From: Gordius albopunctatus
Taxonomy: Eukaryota
DNA length: 64,000 nucleotides
Assembly: GCA_964276515.1 (NCBI GenBank)
Contig: OZ193909.1
Location: 18,166,001-18,230,000 of the forward strand
Direction of reading: 5' to 3'
Numbering within the stretch: position 1 is the first letter of the stretch; the number at the start of each line of letters is the position of its first letter. Of the stretch, positions 1 to 13,800 are shown piece by piece. A model generated the notes under the pieces. It worked only from the letters and a program-made list of their open reading frames with translations. It was not told where the DNA came from and ran no database searches. Made by a program: the position numbers and the translations under genes.

Positions 1-332
1 ATTTTTACACAATTTTCCAATTTTTTTTAAAAATGATTTATTATATATGCTTTATAGACTTTTTTAATGATATTTCCTATTATGGGTCAAACTCAAGTTA
101 TAACCCGGCGGGAGAACTAACCCAGAATTCAAGTGGTTATATGATACCATATTGAAAAGTCTATAAAAACCTCAAATGTTGTAACATCTTTTTTTGTAAA
201 TATCATATTTTTATGTTACTCAATAAAGTGTCAACGGGGCAGGTTAGCCACTATAATGTTAAATTTATTATTTAATCGCAATCGCAATTTTGTTTTTAAA
301 TATATATAAATCGAAAAATCAATCTACAAGTT

Positions 333-495
333 CGTGGGGGTAGCCAAAAGTGGTAGGGAGGGGCGGCTGCCCAATCTAAATCCAAAAATTGTTGTAATTT
401 ATTAAAATTATGGCTAAAATTTCAAAAATTATCATTTTGTCACTCGCTAAATCATTATTTCCCCCCCTCTAATTTATATGTTGGCTACACCCATG
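333..495. mobile_element. MITE family A (inverted)
   Basis: Degenerate TIRs and the shared core TTATTAAAATTATGGCTAAAATTTCAAAAA. Confidence 0.8.
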
Positions 496-2540
496 CATCG
501 TTCAATTATTAAAACTAAAATATATTTTCTATTATAAAAAAGAACGTCCACACCTAAAAATAATCAAACAAAATAAAGCATTTTTTGCGAGAGTAAATTG
601 GGATGTCCATTTTAACGTGATCTCTATGTCGCGTCGATTTAAATGAAAATGGCATTAAAGGTCAAAGAAATTATTCAATGGTCGCCACTATGTGAGCCGT
701 TGATTAAGATATAATAGCTCCAACCTGGGTGCAAATATAAATTGCATAATAATTCCGTAATTCACTTGTAATGTATAATGTTATATGTAATTCAGGTTTT
801 TTGTCTACCTTTAGCGTCGGTTGCGCCTTTCAAGCATTAATCCTAGAGAGCAATTAGCCAGGATGCTTTAGCCATCGATTTAAACGCTTAACCCCTCCCC
901 CCCCCCCTTCTCTGATGCTATAATTTATGTTTTAAAAATAAATTCGTTGAATAAATTAAAATAAACTCATTATTTTTACTTCATAATATACCCAAAAATG
1001 CCCATTTATAAGCACATTTCCTGCTGGTCAATACAGTGGAAACAACAACAAAAAACATCTTATACCTCTTCTATTATTTATGGATTTAAGCTTAGGACCC
1101 CTTGTTTACTCATAGTTGTTATACCACAATCTCCCTCCTAACTAGCTATAGGAGAAATCCAAGGATGGCCTAAAAAATAAGGAATATCAGAGGTCCATTT
1201 AGCTAATGAAATTTTACAGCTACCCCCCCCCCCCCTAGCTACCTCAAGGCGTGGGACAGCTTGTTTTAGGGGCACTTACCAAATACAGATTACACTCATA
1301 AATTATTAAATACATCAAAAATTTATAATAACTACGCGACGACGACTCACCTTAATTTTGTCATATTTTTGAAAGGGGTAGAGTCCTCCTAGTCCCCTTA
1401 ATAAAGATTTAACCGGGTGTCAAAACCGATGCAATTAGTTGAATTAATATTTCAACTGTGCTGCGATTTTCTACCCTCGCGCTTCATCATATCTATAATA
1501 TACGCAAGGTTTTTTTATCCGTTCCTTAAATGATGGATTAAATTTATAAATAACGCTTTATTAATATTAGCTTGGCGTTTATACATTTTTTACCCTTACT
1601 AGGTGTGAGAAGTTCTTTGTGGACGTCAAAAAGATTCTTTCTTTGTTAGTGGGAATATTTATGCAGTAATTATAAACATGAAAGCGCACGAGCTTCATGA
1701 AAATTTTTTTAAGCTTCATTAATTTATTACCAAATTCTGCTTTGTGCTAAAAGTTGTTACTATACAAAAATCGAACAAAAATTATACGAGAAAAGATTAT
1801 AAAATTTTTAAATTTTACAATTTTATAAAAAAAATATGAACTATTATTAGGGTAAGAATAGTTAGAGACAATCAATTATAAAAATGTATAAACAAACATA
1901 ATTAATTCATGGATGAAGATAAACTAAAAACTTTATTAGAAATTGTCTGTCAAAATTGTGTTTGAAAAATGATTACAATTTAATTGATTCTGTAGGATTT
2001 ACATTTATTTTAGAGTCGGCTACATAATGTGGTGGCGCGCTTAGAAAGCTTTGACCATGACAACTTGAGAATGCTCAAATGGTCAGGTAAGTGAAGGCTA
2101 CAAAAACCAGTTTCGATTATCTGATAAATAAGTCAAAAATCTCCCCCACCTCTTGCCTAATCTAAACCTCCGGTTTTTATCCTTCCATTTTTGCTTTATT
2201 TCAGAGAAAAGCCATTAAAAAGCATGAATTAATTTGCAACAATCTTTGAGTCCGTCGCAAGACTACATCCATTTTTGTCCTACTGCTGAGCGCCAAATGG
2301 AAAAGCTTTCAACGTATATCGATTTTTAAAAAGCTTCCTTTCCCCCTCCAAATCCCCCTTTCCTATACTATATACGTAAGTTCACCTATAATGTGGCGAA
2401 CGCAAAAGGATCCTTTTAACGCCCTCTCCAAATTTTACCTTACCTTTTTTAAAAGTATATTTATAGCGGATGTTTGCCCAAAAATAGGTTAAGATGCTAG
2501 AGCTATTTTATTTGCGACAATTCACATGTGCCTATTCTCC

Positions 2541-2696
2541 AGCATTGGGGTTAGAGGGGGGGCAGCAATGATTCAGGGAGGGGCAAAATGATCATTTTTT
2601 GAAGTTTTAGCCATAATTTTAATAAATTTCAACAAAATTTTGGATTTAGAGGGGGGCAGCCGCCCCTTCCTGCCCCCCTCCTTGGCTACGCCCGTG
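2541..2696. mobile_element. MITE family A
   Basis: Core plus right TIR TTGGCTACGCCCGTG. Confidence 0.8.
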
Positions 2697-3658
2697 GTAT
2701 AGTCCCTTGTTTAATGTACATAAGCGGGAATGAGCGGGGAATGATGTGATGTGTTTATGCATTATTAATGAGATTTTTGAGTGGCCCGCTCACTTACCTC
2801 CACCATGGACGGAGTTCCTAAAAGCGCTGGAGCCAGGATGAAAATTTCATTAATATTTTATCATTATAAAAGAGGGGTCGATCTACCTTACCCAATGTCA
2901 AGGTCTATCTATATCTAGGCCAAAATGCAGGCCATTTTTTATTTTAAACATATACATGGACATATTGAGGGATAGAAAATTGCGCGAACCGCACAAAGCT
3001 AGGGCCTTCTTGGCGAGGCTCAAGTCCTAATTTTTTTTGGGCCCGGGTCAGTTTGAAGATAAAAATTTGAAATTCTTCCCAGTCTGGCCCCTTTAAAAGC
3101 CATACACCTATGCTAAATTCTGCCTAAGCCCATCTATATAGTTTTAGCTATAAATAGTTTAAAAACGTAACTTGGAGCCTAAATTTAAAAAATTCAATTG
3201 TTCTAGCCATTATATAAAAATATTTTAAAGTTAGATGTTTTTTCGGTTTTTTCACCGGCATATTTTAAATATTTGGGCCGCGATAATTTTTAGGGACCCA
3301 GGGTTTTCTGTAAATTACAAAGTCTTTAACTTTTTACATGCCCATATATATTAAAATTATGAGAGAGAAAAAACATTAAATACCCTCCTAATTTTGTTTG
3401 ATTTTTCTTTAAATTTAATTTTTAAAAATTAACTCGCGGGGTTTTTATACATTTACCCTTGCCACTACCACTTGTTTAAACGGCAAAAATATTTGGCAAA
3501 ACGAATCAAGAACATAATAATGTTAGAAGATGTTTTTTATTTTCAATATTTATTAAGAACTATAGAAATCCTTAGTCCGATTCTGACATTTGCAAATTTC
3601 TCAGGAATCAAAAATCATATGGATTCAAATTTAGCATTAAATATATTTAAGGTGCTGC

Positions 3659-3828
3659 CATGGGCGTAGCCAATATTGAAATTAGAAGGGGCCAATAATA
3701 ATTTAGGGAGGGGTAAAATAATAATTTTTTGAAATTTTAGCCATAATTTTAATAAATTTCAACAAATTTTTGGGATTTAGAGGGGGGGCAGCCGCCCTTC
3801 CCTGCCCCCAACCCAGGCTATGCCCATG
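3659..3828. mobile_element. MITE family A
   Basis: Both TIRs; TSD GGTGCTG(C/G). Confidence 0.88.
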
Positions 3829-4610
3829 GGTGCTGGAATTTCGAAAGTCGTTTTTGTCATTCAATCCGTTAAATCATAGGTTCGTGGTTGGGGTAATTCG
3901 AACCCAGTGCGTTTGAAAAGAATGTGAGCAATTAATGATGATTCTATTCGAGGGGTTCAGCTTATATTACAGAGCCCGTTATCGGATACATGGACATTTA
4001 ACGAGAGAGAGAGAGTGGGTTAAATTTTATATGTCAGTCCCCCATTAAAAAGGCATTAAATCTTTATTATTATTGATCAACTTTACCTTACTACCTTATG
4101 GCTCTTCCCAGCCAGATGGGTTCCATCAATACCTCTTCTTTCGTAATTGATTGCGACGCGTGGATTGTTTCAAATTTAACATCTCCCCTAACCCCCGTGA
4201 TTTAGATTGATTGATATTTGTGACCTGAAATCTTGTGCTCCTCTCTGGTTGCTCTTTGATATAAATTGAGATTGCAGGGCGTTTCGAGTTTGTAATTGTT
4301 ACATAAAATGTTATAGATAGCAGCTATGATTAATCTAAAAAACATGTATACGTGGATATTATGAGCGGGGCCAGTGGGACCAATGAAGGGTCGTCCATAA
4401 TAAAATTAGGCCAAATACGCAAAGTGTGATCATCTTTCTTAAATTTATGCCACACTTAGCAGCAATCTATTCATTTAAACTATCCTTCAAATAAATGAAA
4501 GTCTAAAAGTTTAAAAATGGAATAATTAAACTGTAATACGGTAGGCCACCCAATTTATGGTCGCAGTCAGAATTTGAAGGTATGAAGTTTAAAAATTTGA
4601 GGGGAAAATT

Positions 4611-4733
4611 CATGGGCAGGACGGGTGTCCCCCTCTAAATCCCAAAAATTGTTCAAAATCTATTAAAATTATGGCTAAAATTTATTATATTATTGCCCCC
4701 CCCCCTCTAATTTAAATGCTGGTTACGCCCATA
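4611..4733. mobile_element. MITE family A (inverted, internally deleted)
   Basis: Core and TIR remnants. Confidence 0.72.
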
Positions 4734-6793
4734 GATAAATTAGTTATTTTTTTAGAGTTTAACAATGTTTGATCAGTTACGTTATTTGCGTTTTATTTTG
4801 CCTTCACCTTAACTACTACCTCCATGATTGTTGTTCTCAGTCTAAGCTCATATATGGCGGGAAGTGGTATGTTCGATAAAAAATTATTTGTAGTTTATGA
4901 TAATCGAAACTTTAAAAGAAATTTTAATCGAGACCAGAAGTGGAGTATTGCACAATGAATCAACGTAATGTGTGGCCTCTATATTTATGAAATTGCTTTA
5001 AAGCCCAGATTTATTATATATCTTTGATGATTGAACATAAATCACTAGTGAGGTTTTAATTGAATTTATCATTATCATCTTTCCTAAAACATCTTTTTTT
5101 ATTCAATGGGTGGTTTTACTGATCGATGATTTAATGCATTAGCATAGCAATCACAATCGTGTTATATCGGCAAAAATAAATCAATAAGTAAAAGTATATA
5201 AGTAATCAATACCTAGCTGCCTCCTCCCCATCAATAATGAATGTAAATGCGATGTAGCATGCATGCTTAAAATCTGTTTTACATCACAAGTTGAAGCTAA
5301 AACTTTGCTGTTTCCCTTATGTAATTTTTCGTTTTAGTATTCAATTTCTAAACCTGGCGGTGGCGCAAATTTTTTACACAAATATTTAAAAAATTGATTT
5401 TGTGAGAATTTTACATTTGGAAAAACGTAAATTATTATTAATTTATAAGATAAATTAGTGAACATCACAAAAAAAGGCTATTAAATATAGATGGTGTTTT
5501 GTTTTTAATAATAAACACCATTTTGTCGTGAATATAATTACTTAAGTAGGGATATATGATTAAATTACATGTGTTTAAATAGCATAATTTAATCATTAAT
5601 ATTTATAGAATTGCCGAATAACAGATCTAACTATGAGATTTGCCTCTAAAATATTAATTCATTGCCTCTTTATATTAATGATTACATAATGAAATTAACG
5701 ACTCAATTTAACATAAAACCTTTCCCACCTATTTCCTAAAATATTTAATTTTAATGAAATTTTAAATTAATAAAACATTTATCGACCAAAATATCTCACA
5801 ATTGAGTTTAAGCCACATATATTGGAATTATTATCTGAAGTATGACCCCAACTTTAAACTTTTGTAACTTATAGACACTCTTTATTAAAATTTTTGGTGA
5901 AACTAAAAATGCACCCGAAGCTTGTGTCGAAAACATGGTTAAAAGTAAAGAGTTAAAAAAAATGAAGGAAAAAGAATCCTTTTAAAAAGAAAAATATATC
6001 TTAATTTTGGGAAATTTTAGAAATTTCTCATTCTTAAAAAATCAAATGACAAAAAATAATCTCAATTCTATAATAACCCCCAAGACTTCATTAACAATTC
6101 ACCAAACAATTTTTCAAGTAAAAAGAGCGCCCTGTAAAAACCTTATTCTAAACAAAGAGCTAATTTGAAAGTTTTTTATTTTATTGCTAAAGCTATAAGA
6201 CGTGATGCTATGTGAGGTAAATTAATCAAATTGTCAAGAGCTCAGACGCGTGTCCCATTGACAAATTTGACCTTTGTGTTAGGATCTTTAATTATCCTCA
6301 AGCAGAGAGCCTGGCATTCTTGTTATGCATAACCACAAGGGGACATTGTAAATTAATTGTTTTAAACCCCCCCACCCACTCGCCTCAATTACGCCAAGAT
6401 TACATGATAGTGAATGGCCTGAAATACAATTAATTAAATGTGGAGCAGGATGGACAGTCCTTTAACGTATCAATTACACCAATTGATGTCGGCTATCTAT
6501 TCCTTTTGTACAATGGCCCCTTGCATTGCTTTGTCTCTTAGTTAAGACCACTTCACCTAGGAAAAACGAAGTGCTAATTCACATTTCTAGATATACTAGT
6601 CAAGTTGTATAGAGTTTTTTTGTCTGAAATATTTATTCATTTTTTCCTAATAGTGGCGAGTGAACTAAATAACTAAATTTTCTTCCTTTTTCCCTATAAT
6701 TTATGACACCCGTTAGTCAAAGGTTGTTAAAGCTGTAGGTATACAATTTTTATGTTCATAACTTTTCAGCAAATAAAATTAAGCATTAGCAAG

Positions 6794-6941
6794 CATGGGA
6801 ATTAGAGTGGAGCAATAATGATTTACGGAGGGGCAAATGATAATTTTTGAAATTTTAACCATAATTTAATAAATTGCAACAAATTTTTGGATTAAGAGGG
6901 CGGCAGCCACCCCTCCCTGCACCCCCTTGGTTACGCCCATG
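6794..6941. mobile_element. MITE family A
   Basis: Core plus right TIR. Confidence 0.78.
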
Positions 6942-8332
6942 AAAGTTGTGGGTATACAATTTTTATATTCGACACTTTTCAGCAATTAAAATTATACATC
7001 TCAAAGTATATGCTCTTCTATAAACTTCATCAGTGATTTGTAATGTTTATTTTGTTAGTCATTTTGGTGAAGTTGTTATTTTAAAAGGGGGAAAACATAC
7101 ATTTATAAGTTTATGTTATGGATTCATATCCGGAGATTCAATGTTATTGTCATGTGTCGCGCTTCCGTTTTCACTAGAGTATGTTTAGTCTAGGCATTAA
7201 CAACACATTCAATACTACCCCTAACCTGTCTTATAAAGCCTTTTAAATGACTAACATATAGACTGCAAAATTATAAAATTCATTGTTAACACCATAGAGG
7301 TAGAGGCTATGTCTACTATTACTTTGTCTAGAAGGAATGCTTGTTTCCCCTGCTTTAATTGACCGTTTTTCACCCCTTTTCCCTTTTGTTATTGTATGAA
7401 AGGTCGTGTTTTGATACTGTTAAGTGTTAACGCTAAGTCCCTAGTTAGTTTCTAACTTATAAAGGACATTAAACTATTTTAGTAAATAAAGCCATGTGTG
7501 GCTCATATAAATGTTAAATTTCTTTAGGAAAATAACAGACAGCAGACACTTTTTTTTTATAAAAGTGTGTGTATTAGGTAATAAGAAGTATTTTAAAATT
7601 CAAGCGGACATATACAATTAAATAGACTATTACTTGAAAGTCTTTAAAGCGCTATCGTCAAGAGCAATGATAAAGACATGTTTAAAAGATGGAGAGTATA
7701 TATGGTTGCAAGAATTGCCGCTAGTTTGAAAAAAATGTAAGATTTGTTGAGTTTTTTTATAAACTTATATAGGCCTAGCAAGATTTTTATCTCCATGATT
7801 TCTAACATAAATTATATTTAAATAGGAAAAATTGTAATTTTTTCTGGGCAAAATCATGAAGGGATGTAAATTTATGCCTTAACTTTTAATAGTAGCACGT
7901 CCTACAAAAGCCCTAATAAAATTTTAATATTGGTGATAGAGCCTAGGTAAGCTCATAAATATAGTATTCTCATGGGAAATTTGACAAAGTCATTTTTTAT
8001 GAGCTGCCCATAAAATATTGTATATGCCCTTTTTTACGATATTAATCTCTAAATTTTTATGGTCAGCGTCCAGGTGAAATGTTTGCAGGCGTAATATAGT
8101 AAATACAATTTTTTTCGTTTAATTTATTATATCGAATTAAATCATATTGTAATCTAATTCATAATTATCATTCTTAAATACAGTTATGCTGATTGACTGT
8201 ACAAATATAAAAACAGCATTTCATCCAAATTAACATTATAGCTTAGACCGCTTCTCCCTTAATTTCAGTATTGAGACGTCCATGTCTAAATAATTGTCAA
8301 TGGATTATTTGTCAATAAAGAGTTAGCACAAT

Positions 8333-8504
8333 CATGGGCGGAGCCAGCTTTGGGATTAGAGGGGGGGGCTATAATGATTTAGGGAGGGGCAAAATGAGAA
8401 TTTTTTGAAATTTTAGCCCCATAATTTAAATAAATTTTAACAAAATTTTGTATTTAGAGGGTAGCAGCCGCCCCTTCCTGCCCACCCTTGGCTCCCCCTC
8501 GGCT
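8333..8504. mobile_element. MITE family A
   Basis: Left TIR CATGGGCGGAGCCAG plus core. Confidence 0.8.
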
Positions 8505-9365
8505 ATATTCTAGCTCGTATGCGCTTAAAATAAACAAATCATACACCTATATTCTATGGGTTAAGATTTAAATTTGGTTAATAATAATTTAATACAACAC
8601 TATAACCACGGTACCTAGTAGTATTTTAGAAATTTGGCCCTGCCTTGAATGGGAGAAGAGCTGCTTCATATTGAAGAGTTCTAACAGATGATGCGATATT
8701 TGATGCCAGCACTAGTTTTTTAGAGGTATTTTTGTTGTATGAAAACATTTAACACGAGATACCATATATTTCGGTATCTGCTATAAAAATCCATATCAAA
8801 ATCTTGATTTATTTATGTTTCAGCTGTTACAACAGGCTAAAAAATGAATTTCCCACGCCACATTACATATCTAAAAGCGAGTTTTTTTAAGTACCTGCCC
8901 CTTCCAAAATAGAGGAGAACGTGATTTCTAAAAAGATTTTGGATATTTGATATAGGGCGACGGAAAATCCATAAACAAATCGGGAAAAAATACATAATAT
9001 ATATACCATAATTTTAAAGGAAGGACCCTGGATTTTTGGCATTTGTTGTTGGATTGTTGTATGTTATGTTGTGTATGTAGTAATTTATGTAGTACGTGCA
9101 TGTGAGTTTAGCAACTCTTCGCTTCTCCACCACCGCTTGTGTTGTAAAATTTGAAATTTGTTCAGTAAAAATCTCTCTTTCAAAAACACATATGCCGTAA
9201 TGTAATCACTTTTCAAACATTTACGCAACCAACCCAGCAATACGAAACATGCCAAACTTAATATTTTGCCCTCAAAATTGTAAAATTTTAAGTTTATAAT
9301 GTATCTATCTATACTACACGTTATTATTACCTGTGGAAGTTATCTAAATTGAATTTATTCATTTG

Positions 9366-9526
9366 CATGGGCAGCCAGGGGGTGGCAGGGAGTAGTTACT
9401 AACCCCTTTCCTCCAAATTAAGATATTTGTAAACTTGTAGTAAGATAGTTTAAAAAAATTTAAAAAAATATTTATATTGCCCCTCCTTCATCTTATGTCC
9501 CCTTTAATTTCCTGGCTATGCCCATG
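9366..9526. mobile_element. MITE family A-related subfamily
   Basis: Similar TIRs with a different interior. Confidence 0.65.
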
Positions 9527-10879
9527 ATGATTGGCAATGGTAATAGCCGATAAAAATGAGAAAAACTTGTAATTTTTGTAGACGTAGACATTAGAATATT
9601 AGAGAAAAATTAATTAACAAATACTAAGCATAAAGGAAAGGTGTATTAAATCTAAATAATAAAATCCGTTACTTAAAACAAATTTTATAATCTGCAAGCC
9701 GTTTATATCATTTAAATTTTTTTTATTTTCTTAATAAAAAAATTCTAAAGCAACTTCTTCAAACATATATAGGATTTTGTGTAGTGTTGTCTTCCCGATT
9801 TCTTAGGACTTGATTGGCGTATGCCACACATGTATGTCAATCACGTTCAAAAGGAATATTCAACCTTATCTTGTTCTACCTTACATACCCAATTCCTTAA
9901 AACAAGAAAACCTCCTCTCCTTTTATACCCTCTTTCATATCAAATCACTAGAATTTACGCTTAAAACCTCATCTTCATTATCGGATTATTATCAATCTAC
10001 GAACCTTTAAACCATTTAAAAAATCATCGAGGGTTAAAGAAAAGAAATAATAGTTATTTTCCACTGGCAAGTAGTATCATTTCGGGAGCTAGTGGGAGAC
10101 TGGTAAAAAAAGCTTTTAACCAAATTAATTCCATTTAAAAATTTGGCCCCCCCCCCTCTATAGTCCTGTTCCATCGTAAATCCGTCATATTCCATCAGAC
10201 AAAATGAATTATCCATTATTAATTTGCTGCGTCGGCCCATTTTAAATGATGTCAGGAGTGTATTATTAGCTTTTATTCTTCGCTTATCAAATGCATATTT
10301 AATGACAGAAATACTACGAAATTCAAACAGTGACGGTAATTGTTTCAATGTACATTACTACTACTATTACTACTACATCATGACTAGCGATTAATTGTTT
10401 TTAAATTCCATAATCACCCCCACTCACTGACACTATTTGCCTTTTAGGATGAGTCGTGAGTTGGGCATTTTCTAATTAGTCGAAAACGCTAATTTTATAA
10501 TTGATTTTTAAAAGCTTAGAGGGTCTGGGGTAAATGTGGCCAATTAAAATCTCACCCCTTAAATCCATTTTTATTGTCGGGTAAGGATAAATTTGCCAGT
10601 GACTTGCCTGCCACGTTTGCACTTAACGCTAATGGGAATTCAAAAGTTAGACAGGAGATACTGAGGGCCATTTGTTAAATGTATCCAAATTTTAACGCGT
10701 TTATAATTTCTCGCTCTTACTGAAAATACAATGGTAGTTGTCACAATTTTACACCCCATTCCCAAACATTTCCGTCCCAGAAAATATCAAAATCAAATTT
10801 AAATTTTATAAACTCGATCAAAGTAACAACTTTTAGTAAATCGTGACGCTATCAAAACTTATTAAATTATTTTTCCAAG

Positions 10880-13800
10880 GTCTACAAATCAGCCCATATA
10901 CAGGAGATGGTGGAGTAAAATCTCGAAATGGTGGGCCACCCTCATTGCCAATTTGTGTGGGTTGTGGATTTATTATCCGAGATCCTTATATCCTTCGCGT
11001 TTCTCCAAACTTGGAATGGCATGGAACTTGTTTGAAATGCTTCGAGTGCAATCAATTCTTGGACGAAAGCTGCACGTGTTTCGTTAAAAATGGCAAAGCT
11101 TACTGCAAACGGGATTACTTAAAGTATGAATCTATTATATAGTAATGACAAAATTTGAAACGCTTATTTAATATGCTTTAGCCTTAGCCAGCATTGGAAT
11201 TAGAGGGGGGGGAGCCATAATAATTTAGGGACGGGCAAAATGATCACTTTTGGGAATTTTAGCCATAATTTTAATAAATTTCAACTAATTTTTGAATTTT
11301 GAGAAAAGCAGCCACCCCTCCCTGCCCCCTGGCTACGCCCATGGCTTTGATCAAGTAGGGAATGGGACATCTGCCCCTTTTCAAAATGCGAAAATTATAT
11401 TTAATAAATTTATTAATTACGTTATTTTTTAAAAGTTTATAGCCTCAAAAAATCAGGAATGTACTACCTGTGATAACATTTAAAGGCTGTTAAAAAGATT
11501 GCAAAATTATCATATAACCTCTGCCTAAATTATGCCCAATTTGTTATAACCCACGTGTTAAGGTCTTCATTATGTAATTATTTTGTGATTTTTTGCTGGT
11601 TTTAAAGACAATCATTTTAAAATAAAATTTAGTATGAAAAAATTTATTAAGCAACCTATGAAAGAAACTGCAATATGTTATCATAAAATTCACGTAGTAT
11701 ACATATAGAATTAAACTACTGGAGACTTTTCCATGTTATAATGGTTGAATTATCAAAAAATTTCTAAAATAATTTAGCAGTAATACTTGATTCATGTTTA
11801 TATACGTACAAATTGTAAAATATATTTTTCTCCCTATTTAATTTTAAAATATCACTAAATAATTATAATTTTGGATAAATCTGGAATTTATTAAATTTTC
11901 ATAGAAGTTGCCAGGAGAAGGTAGGTAAGGGTAACTGCCTCCCCGTTAAATTAAAATATATGGGTTTGGTAAAAACATTGAAAATCCGCGTTCTAAATAT
12001 TTTCGCATTTTTAAAACTCCGCACTTCAATTTGTAGACTGGTCGATGCAGGCGTGATAAGGATTTAGAAACAAGAATGTAATAATAAACTGAGGTAAACT
12101 TATTTAAAAGTCTGCTCCATTAAACATTTCAATTGTTAAGCGCGGCTTTTAATATTCATTTGAGTTTAAATGTAACTTTTTGATTAAAATAGGGATTTTC
12201 TTCCTCTTTTCCCCCAAAAATCTTAGAACGCTACTCAATTTTAAATTATTGGGGACAATTTGCAATAACTTGCAATTTATAGAATTTAACAAAATTTTGG
12301 CTATAAACGATAGCTGTCTGGCATTAGTATAAATATTCTATAATGTATTTTTTTGTGAACTTTTAAACAATTTTTTTACCTAAAACTAAATCTTGGTCTC
12401 AAATTAACTTCTTACAGACTAATAGGCCTCCATCCATTCTTAGAAAAGTGTTTTAGAAGATGCGCTCTGATTTCAGAGATTCATGATACACAAATAGTAA
12501 ATTATGGGTTAGATGCCTTACAAAGTGTTTCTTTTAAGGATCGGTAAACCCTAAAAATCGAATCCCCGTTGCTTGTTTGTAACAAATTTTTCACCAAAAT
12601 TTTGTCAATCCATTTATACTTCTGAAATATGTTCCCTCTCTCGTAAAGCTTTCTCTAAATTAGAAAATATATATGTAGGTACTATATTTTAAATTCTAAA
12701 GGCTATTTGGAATCAAATGTTACCGCTGTCAACAACCCTTCACCCGTAACGATCTAGTTATGCGTGCCAGGAATTTCATTTATCATACCCGTTGCTTTTC
12801 CTGTTTTCAATGCCACAAACCCTTGACACCTGGCGATGAATTTTACCTTAAGGGACCAGAGCAATCCCTACTCTTTTGCAATAGGCACGACCCAGAAGGC
12901 CCTAGTTTCGAAAATCGGGAATTTACTGAGTTAGATCCTGGAGCAAATCCAAGTCAAAATCTCATAGACTTCATGCAAGGCCCACCCGGGCAAGAAAGAT
13001 TGCTGGAAAGTATAGGTAGTACTTGTAATGGACTCGATAGTTTTGGGGATAATAGTTTGACTACCAATGGGTTTGATGGCGAAATTAATGGGAGAAGGCA
13101 TCACAAATTGGCCCAAGATGAAGGTTAGTTATATATAAAATTGTAAAATAAACTTATTATATATAACGAAAACTATGTCCTAAAGCTTTTTTCATATTTC
13201 TACAAAAGGGAACAGCTTTAGGGGTATTGTAAAAACGGCTGGGGGTTCTGTTTTGTCGACCTTTAATTACAGACCAATGGTTTTTTGGTTTTTTTTTCAT
13301 AGTCGAACCCGAGGTTTGGTCGAAATTTCAAAAACAGACTAAAGTAAAGCTGGCCCTTAGTCTTAGTTGAACCAAAGGTCAAACCCAGGCGTTTTTCCAG
13401 CACTATGCTCTAGTTTTTGAGTAAATCAACTAGTGTTATTTTTTTATATGTTGTTTATTTGAACGTAAGAACATTATAAAAACGACGTGTCAACATTCGA
13501 GGAATATAAAAGCGGGTGTAAAACTAAATAAAAATATTACGATTCAAAAATGTCGCATGTGTCATCTTGTAAAAGTGGCCAACTGTCGGCCAGGGATTAC
13601 AACTAGGAGTTGTTTATTATTATAAGATATGAATATATACACACAAATTAAAATTTGTATATCCGTGGGGTGACAGATGGGAGGCCAATTTTTTTTGGAA
13701 TAATTTGAGGAGAAACAATTATAATTTCATTAAATAAATATAAAGTTGGAGGGTGCTTTTTCTTTCGCCCATAATTTTTAATGCTAAAATTTCTTCATTT

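Noticed and set aside
8600..8960. Peptide SSVRTLQYEAALLPF (minus strand) resembling a LINE ORF2 C-terminal region
   Set aside because: Too short and degenerate to call without a search.
10034..10348. 104-aa minus-strand ORF upstream of islet
   Set aside because: Non-ATG start, no motifs, no splice support.
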